Position numbers and translations under genes: made by a program. Shown here one piece after another: positions 62,901 through 64,000 of a stretch of 64,000 bases of DNA. How positions within the stretch are numbered: position 1 is the stretch's first letter; each line of letters starts with the position of its first letter. This DNA is from Curvularia clavata (Eukaryota). The notes under the pieces are model-generated. The model was not told the origin of the DNA, searched no databases, and saw nothing but the letters and a program-made list of their open reading frames with translations. The stretch is taken from contig CP089277.1 of NCBI GenBank assembly GCA_023920165.1, forward strand, positions 2,914,001-2,978,000, given 5' to 3'.

Positions 62901-63791
62901 CCAACGCTCTGGTATGTGAGTGCGAAGGCTCTTACCCATACAGGGGTGAAGATGGCCGAGTAGTTGAACGTATGCCTCATTGTATAGCATGATAGCATCC
63001 TCTCCCCAGAACAAGATAGTTGGGGCGCTGTTACCAAGAACCATGTTGGCCATGCATCTCAAGTCAGGTGACCAGGACTCAATCGGCCCCAGCGATGTGT
63101 TGGCCCAGTCTGCGGCATGGAAATAATCGATGTAAAAGCCAGGTACCAGGTCCAGTGGGAGGGCAGCTGAGGTATAATCAAAGGATCCCCGCATATGAGG
63201 CTTGTAAGGAGCAGAAGAGTATGCGCTATTCTCTGGAGTTTCAGGTAGGTTTGCTGGCAACGCAGGTGGAGTAGTAGGCGGCGATGCGTCTCTGGGATAC
63301 TTGGTTTGTGCTACCTTTCCCTCACGACTCATCTTCCGAGCAGCCTGGCTTGATGGTCCTGTGTTCAGCCACATCAGAAACGTAGGTACTCCACTGACAA
63401 TCCGGTAATTCCCGATGGTGAGAGCGCTCCACAGATGGCCTTCGAAGGTGTAGACATGGCCCGGCCATTGCATGCCGCATTCTTGTGGTGCGCCACAGAC
63501 CCAATTCCTGAAGGCAAGCTGGGCCGTGGTGCTTTCCTCCAATGTACTTGTGTCATGGTACCCCGTTATCCTCGCAAGCAGTCCATCAGCGGCATCGAGG
63601 GCCGCGTTGGAGTAGGCCAGGTCGAGCGTATCATGGGCGGAGCGAGAGGGTAATCTGAGGGCGAAAGAAGGACGGTGGTCGACATCCAGAGCTTCGAGGA
63701 GGGTGAGAGCGGCCAGGTCCGTCGGTATGGGCTGCTCGAGCTGCCCCTCATAGTCCATTGTATTTGGCACCCCCTCACTCTCTCTTAGCAT
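59961..63791 (-). CDS. Hybrid sensor histidine kinase/response regulator with PAS-like input domains (1276 aa)
   Basis: H-box TTSHEMRNPL, N-box NLLTNAIKFT, G1 VSDTGRG, G2 GGSGLGL; receiver VEDNLVNQ..ILMDWEMP..GVTAN..GKPF. No introns. Confidence 0.95.
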   Translation of the reverse strand: MLRESEGVPNTMDYEGQLEQPIPTDLAALTLLEALDVDHRPSFALRLPSRSAHDTLDLAYSNAALDAADGLLARITGYHDTSTLEESTTAQLAFRNWVCGAPQECGMQWPGHVYTFEGHLWSALTIGNYRIVSGVPTFLMWLNTGPSSQAARKMSREGKVAQTKYPRDASPPTTPPALPANLPETPENSAYSSAPYKPHMRGSFDYTSAALPLDLVPGFYIDYFHAADWANTSLGPIESWSPDLRCMANMVLGNSAPTILFWGEDAIMLYNEAYVQLLGHLHPCMGKSLRTHIPERWPAFQTMVHHIKDTGESLDESDILLFIDRDGYLEETHWSFQFVPILDSHCNVKAYYQTFFEVTGHRLLERRVSSLVALGTQSANARDFPSFWNTTLSSLSLIDKDVPLALLYAAERHVSAEMTSTCSPGSTLPLDGCVLKGAIGVEANHPIAPATININEDSYLLHPFLRRAAKSRKATVVYLDQLPASEATLKGIKWRGYGDPCHTIVVCPIIPTTGNQVEGFLIIGLNPRRPFDEDYQKYLQVMVRLLATSLASVVLFEEEVRQHENAVAQAAQIQEQLLAEIKLEEGKFQRFAERSDVAIFTASPTGEYTYRNQRWYDMFDIAKFVTNATEAWDKIAFEEDIPFCESVFAKLVMNHESVCFELRTRMPWLPPSELTQLQPEDTEHFRWIWCSAYPELGPSGELVEIVGNIIDISKQKWAEGMQKFRTDSALQGKQHLEHFIDTTSHEMRNPLSAIMQCADSIISAYGHDECHTITTNGWSTFLESTLDAAQTIAQCAQHMRHIVDDILTISKLDSGLLDMTPVVAQPENIARHAVRMFEAEAKAAGIDISLDIGQSYRDMEIDWTSLDPTRVLQILINLLTNAIKFTRLEKTKMVKMILSASATEPTSSPGGIQFNEERLVEHDRHLAEDWKHAQDLFYLQFSVSDTGRGLSEEERGTLFTRFSQASPRTHIHYGGSGLGLFISRRLTELQGGSIGLSSQPGKGSTFSFYIKTRKTKPTTTRNGSLPHVFPEDVKHRPLVSSTRPSPPLRSFTTEDARIAKVTDPTIRRPSAHTIQSPLTHFKSDSAMAGNGQKVNSQDPRPTKKRAPEPLHVLIVEDNLVNQRVLAKQLRNLGCEISVANHGQEALEFLPKTSLWNHAHPLSLSLSRKETYHVPSTEPMPFGYDEVPPILLDLILMDWEMPIMNGLEAVSEIRRLENEGLLMGRVPVIGVTANVRQQQIEKAVEAGMDHVVGKPFRVAELLVRMRDVVAGNGAGEL

Positions 63792-64000
63792 TCGGCTGTC
63801 TTATCACATGGGCGCTGGATGGAGGAAGTGGTGCGCGTGCTCGATGTCCGTCTCAAGAAGCGCATCGCGCTCAGTCGCTGCGGGCGCCCAGAAGACTAAC
63901 GCGTCAGTAGGCCTGGCCAACTCATCCACTGTCGCCAATCTCCATGGTACAGTAGCGTCCCGGCCCACTAGCTCTGCCCGATCTTCTCCACTTCATCGTC

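Overview
Gene-dense eukaryotic DNA from a filamentous ascomycete. Short GT..AG introns carry CTRAC branch points; a Dothideomycete/Pleosporales origin is inferred, not proven. About 24 protein-coding genes were reconstructed exon by exon. They include a left-truncated secreted Ser/Thr-rich repeat protein, a membrane-anchored pepsin-fold protein lacking catalytic motifs, the Slt2/Mps1 MAP kinase, the HAS1 helicase and a ~1730-aa low-complexity protein. Next come a small hydrophilin-like protein, a C2H2 protein, Arp10/RO7, NOP58, Pol III subunit C17, a MYND-finger protein and a GrpB-GNAT fusion. The right half holds an EAF-domain protein, a pseudokinase, a GH2, a GNAT, mitochondrial uS15, RPS0, a GH72 glucanosyltransferase and a hybrid histidine kinase. 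One complete 1.6-kb Tc1/mariner-superfamily DNA transposon is inactivated by C-to-T stop codons. The two most notable signals are (i) a [D1,2] spliceosomal twin intron (intron nested inside another intron's GT donor) that is needed to keep HAS1 in frame, and (ii) the transposon's atypical DD38E triad and apparent 4-bp CTCT target duplication instead of TA. No tRNA, rRNA or CRISPR features were recognised.
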